Shown here in pieces: positions 59,910 through 64,000 of a DNA stretch of 64,000 nt (positions are counted from its first letter, which is position 1; each line of letters opens with the position of its first letter). Below the pieces are notes generated by a model, which worked only from the letters and a program-made list of their open reading frames with translations, searched no databases and had not been told where the DNA came from. Source of the DNA: Balanoglossus misakiensis (lineage: Eukaryota > Animalia > Hemichordata); the NCBI GenBank assembly GCA_040954595.2, contig CM082587.2, positions 7,119,705-7,183,704 on the forward strand. Direction: 5' to 3'. Made by a program: the position numbers and the translations under genes.

Positions 59910-61084
59910 GTAAGTCAGTTTAAGTGTCATTATTTTGTGCAAATCATTTTGTCAGCACTTTTCCCGTATCTGGAAGTCTAGTTGCTTTATTAAAATAATT
60001 AACAGAAACAGTTCTTCTACATATTCAGCAACGGCAGCAAGTGGATCATGCATGACAGGCCTGTCGTTTTCTTTTCTTTTTTTATGAACATTGCATTATT
60101 CACACCCGTCGTAGTTACAGTATTGCAGGCATCGAGTCATTTTATTTACATCAGAACGGTGGTCTGTCCAGAAATTGGAGCGCCTAAATTCATTATTTGA
60201 CGGACGCGTACGCGGACGGACGCAGACGCGCACCAAGACGACACATTTTACGTACTCCGCTCCCAATAACAATTGCCATGTATGTACATGTATAATGTAC
60301 ACCAATGCTTTAAATTTATGATAGTGGCGCTATTGATTTATATGTCACGTTCTTGTCGGAATAAATGAAGAAAAGAAAACACAAACGGTATAAATGGAGA
60401 TAATTAAAAATTAAAGTAGATTTTTTGGTGATCTAGTTCCGATTTGTTACAATTTCGGACATAAAAGTTTCTCACACGCGCGCAAGTATTTTTTGTCTCT
60501 CTGTTTGGATTACGTAAGCCCAATGAATACATGTAATAACGCAACCGAAATTCGCTGCGAACAATCGGTGAAATTATTGCTTTCCAATTTTTTGAACCTA
60601 GGCCAGTGCGCGCAAGTGCGTCAGACTGCCAGTTCTGTCACCCGTGGTCCAGATCTGTGCACGGTGCATGCCCTGGCTGGTGGTTTGACGTTTTTTGTCG
60701 CTGAACAGCTTTGCCTCGCATTCGAGATTGGATCTGTCTGGTTAACTAATTTGCATGGTCAAAAGTCCAGAAAGACCAGACGTTCGCGTTTTGGGGTGCT
60801 GACGTATTTGGGCCGATATACACATGATGAACTGCGCACCATACCATGCATATACATGTAATGGACGCGGACTGACGCGTACGTTCAGATATCACATGTA
60901 TCAGGTGCAGCGCAGGGTACATGTATCTGTTTATGCTAATGTGATACATTATTCATAAGCGTCTCATGACGTCATTGGTCAGGGGTGGTTGACATCCAGG
61001 TCATTTGTACTTACATGACCCTTTTGACCTTCAGTGAAAGATACGTATACATTAAAGTCATCACTATTCAGTAAAGTTCTCTTA

Positions 61085-61359
61085 CCCTTTCACCCCCAGT
61101 TCACCTCTTAAAGGTATACGGTCACCTATGAAAATTTAGCTATAGTTACCATGGTAAATTGAGATCTAACCAATCACAGATTTTCAGTGGGTGGCACACG
61201 CGAAAAAAAGAGCGCCACCATACGTTCTTTAGAACACTCAAATACGCCATTTCAGCTATATATGGCGATATGTAAATTGGAGGTGACCGTATACCTTTAA
61301 GGGGTCCAACCTTACCACAGAAAACAATGGGCTTGGACTGAACAATGGTGGTGAGAGGG
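61085..61359. mobile_element. piggyBac-like MITE with nested Kolobok-like family A copy 3 (61112-61296)
   Basis: The host matches 16299-16372. The insert is flanked by TTAA at 61108-61111 and 61297-61300. Confidence 0.8.
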
Positions 61360-61421
61360 TTAAAACAACTTGGGACTGAGTTTTTATGTACCCCTTGATT
61401 TTCAGGTTCCCGCTCTCCATC

Positions 61422-62687
61422 ATGACTGACAGCATTGACACCAAATCGGTGATTGTCGCCCTGGCAACCGGCTCTGCGCTGGCCCTGGCAACCAAACAGC
61501 TGGTTTCTCTCTACTCCGAGAACGGCCAGAAAAAAGTGGAGTCCCCGGTCGCGAAGAAATTCCCACCGCCCTTCGGCCGCGAGATGAGAGATCAAGAATT
61601 CCTGCTGGACAGCAAGGCAGCATTTGTGAATCACTGCTCGTGCGGCACTATTCCTAGACGAGTCATGGAGAGACAGAGATGGTGAGTCTCAATAAATTCA
61701 CATGCATATTACTCTCTTCAAATCTCCCAAAATTATTGCCAAATCGCAAAGAAAGCCATGAAGTAATCCTTGATTTCCTCACAATTTGCAGTAGAATAAG
61801 ATTCTTCCTCTTAGTCTAATCCAAAAGCAGTCGACCATATCACATTCATCATAGGTCCAACTTTTATCTCAATCAGATTTTGATAAGCATGAATAAATTT
61901 AACATATTCATAAAATAAAAATGCTACCTGGAATGGAAATCAATATTTCACAAGATTTGTTCCGCAGTGTGCTTACACTGATAAACTGATAAACCTACTT
62001 TAATAAAAAATATGAATAAATTACATCAAATCATATCAACTCCTACACTGCAGAATTCTAGGTGTTTTTTAATGTTTTTATGAATTCTAAAAATATTCCT
62101 AATATCAACCCCACTGAGACTCAAGTCTGCACGTTTCGTTGGCTCTTAAAAGCTATTCTGCAAATTTCACTCTGAATAAATAAATTTCATAATTATTTAT
62201 TTAATATGTGATCTGATTTAACTAAATTTAAATACAAGAAAAAAATGGCTGATCTTGGTGTAACTGTAAGTCTACAACATCTGAGAATGTTCTTGAATTG
62301 CAGGTTTGAAGATGAAGCGGAGAAAACCCCGGATTACTTCTACAAACACAGAACCACCGAGTACTATGAAGATGCCTTGAAAACTATTGGCGATTTTGTT
62401 GGTGCTGACCCCAAGGATCTGGCCTTTGCAAACAATGTGACAACAGGTAAGCACATGGGTTGATAGTTGTCTGTAATGCAGTAATGCACTTCTTTTCTTG
62501 TTCTTTATTATTAAAGATTGTGACCTGTGAAATTGACCATTTCATACTTGGTCTTGTTATTTCACAGCTATCAATGGCGTGCTGAGATCCAAGAAATGGA
62601 AGTCTGGAGACACCCTTCTGATTACAAATATGACCTACCCAGCCGTCAATTTTACATGTTATGATGTATGTGGCAGTGATTTGAATG
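61422..62687 (+). CDS. Class-V PLP-dependent C-S lyase (hercynylcysteine sulfoxide lyase Egt2 / L-cysteine desulfhydrase / isopenicillin N epimerase-like); 5' partial, exons 61422-61681, 62304-62446, 62568-62687; continues beyond the window
   Basis: PPFGREMRDQEFLLD..AFVNHCSCGTIPRRV...E..PD....IGDFVGADPKDLAFANNVTTAINGVLRS...GDTLLITNMTYPAV matches the N-terminus of this subfamily. Confidence 0.82.
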
Positions 62688-64000
62688 GTAAGTTTAGTTG
62701 CCATGGTAATAATTCAATCTCAATATTTTTGACAGAACAGGAAAATGTGCTCTGTAGAGAAATCAAAGCATGACAGTAACTGTTTCTTTAACGTGCTGTG
62801 CAATTCTGTAGTTTTGTCATGCATGCCTAGAATTTAATCTCAATTGGGAGAAACGCCTAAAATCACATTTGTTGTCATGGCAATTGTGCTACATTATGGT
62901 CAATCATAAAATCTCTGTTTTTTGCAGACATTTGTTCTGATTGAATAAAATGAATAACTGAGAGAATACCTACAGAAATTAAATTTTAAACTGTCAATCA
63001 TTCCAAAATAAGTTGTATAGAATTCCATTTGAAAGCAATTTTGTTACGAGTTTACATAATGGCACTTCCATTGAATGCAGTGCAGCGATTCTATCAATAT
63101 AAACTTATTAACTTTTGGGCATTTTGATAGGTAAATGGTTTCTTGTAAATAAAAGGGGTCAATATTTTTGCTTGCATAGTCTTCATGCGTGCACATAATG
63201 TTTTCCTGTAGGCAGTTTACAATTATTTTTAATCTATTTATGAGAACGTTAATTTTTGGACATTTTACCAAGTAGTCTTGGAAGGAAAGTGTTTCATTTC
63301 TATGACTTGTGTCTTTGAATTAAAAAATCGATCAATTATTAAAACATTTGAGTTCTATATTCAGTGTGTGGTTTGCAGGCTTTAGAAAACGTACAGTCCA
63401 AGACAAACTTTAATTTATAGTAATTTCCTTTGCAATTTACTGAACAATGTCACATTATTCTGTTGTGACAAGAAAGTTTAATTATAACGGTGCCGTTCTT
63501 CATTCAAGCATAAGCATGCCATGCCAAGGTTGAGACATGAAAATTACTCCATTAATTTGCAACGCTGTAATTGAAATCGTCAGCGTATAATAGAAGCCAT
63601 TGATTAAATCCCAAAGAAAGCTTATGGAGGTATTGAATTCCTGTTTTAAATTCTCATATGGTTGATCAGTCAACTATGACAAATGGAATTATCTTCTGTT
63701 AGTTGTGGGCAAGGGAGGGATCATCCTATAGTTCTTTTCAGTAATCTTATCAATATTTCAGTAATGTACCCTTACCCCGGTAAGAATGCCGTTTATCGCT
63801 TATTTGTAGGTGAACATCCTTGCCAAATAATCTGCCAATATCCTCGCCAGTAATCTGCCTATTGGTTCACAGCGTTTAGAATTCCACATGACAACACTTT
63901 TTGGTTTGGGAATGTGTTGTTCTAATGAGGAAAAGCTATTTCATTAGTGCCATTGTGGTACCAATACGTGCATAAACAACGCATTTGATTGACAAGTATT

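Overview
This window is intron-rich, AT-rich eukaryotic DNA with GT-AG introns, most likely from a marine invertebrate bilaterian; the species cannot be determined from sequence. It is not prokaryotic, and most entries in the ORF track are spurious or are single exons. Spliced genes were rebuilt by hand. From left to right they are PIN1 (+), AIF1/Iba1-like (+), a 14-exon secreted DUF5054/GH38N-like protein (-), three secreted globular-head C1q genes plus a deleted C1q pseudogene, USP20/USP33 (+), two tandem secreted fibrinogen-related domain genes (+), and the 5' part of a class-V PLP C-S lyase (Egt2/cysteine desulfhydrase-like, +). The C1q genes sit in a 12-kb block of nested direct and inverted duplications. 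Many MITEs are present (Kolobok-, piggyBac-, Harbinger-, Tc1- and possibly AcademH-like), as well as a 2.5-kb foldback-like element that encloses a Penelope-type RT remnant. The most notable observations are: (i) the C1q cluster has variable loops on an invariant core and ten copies of a CCACGTCA+TGATGCAA motif pair; (ii) several linked genes have human homologues in the MHC paralogon; (iii) the foldback element is a composite of several mobile elements; (iv) the lyase has an atypical NHCSCG motif. Exon coordinates were read by eye and may be off by a few bases.
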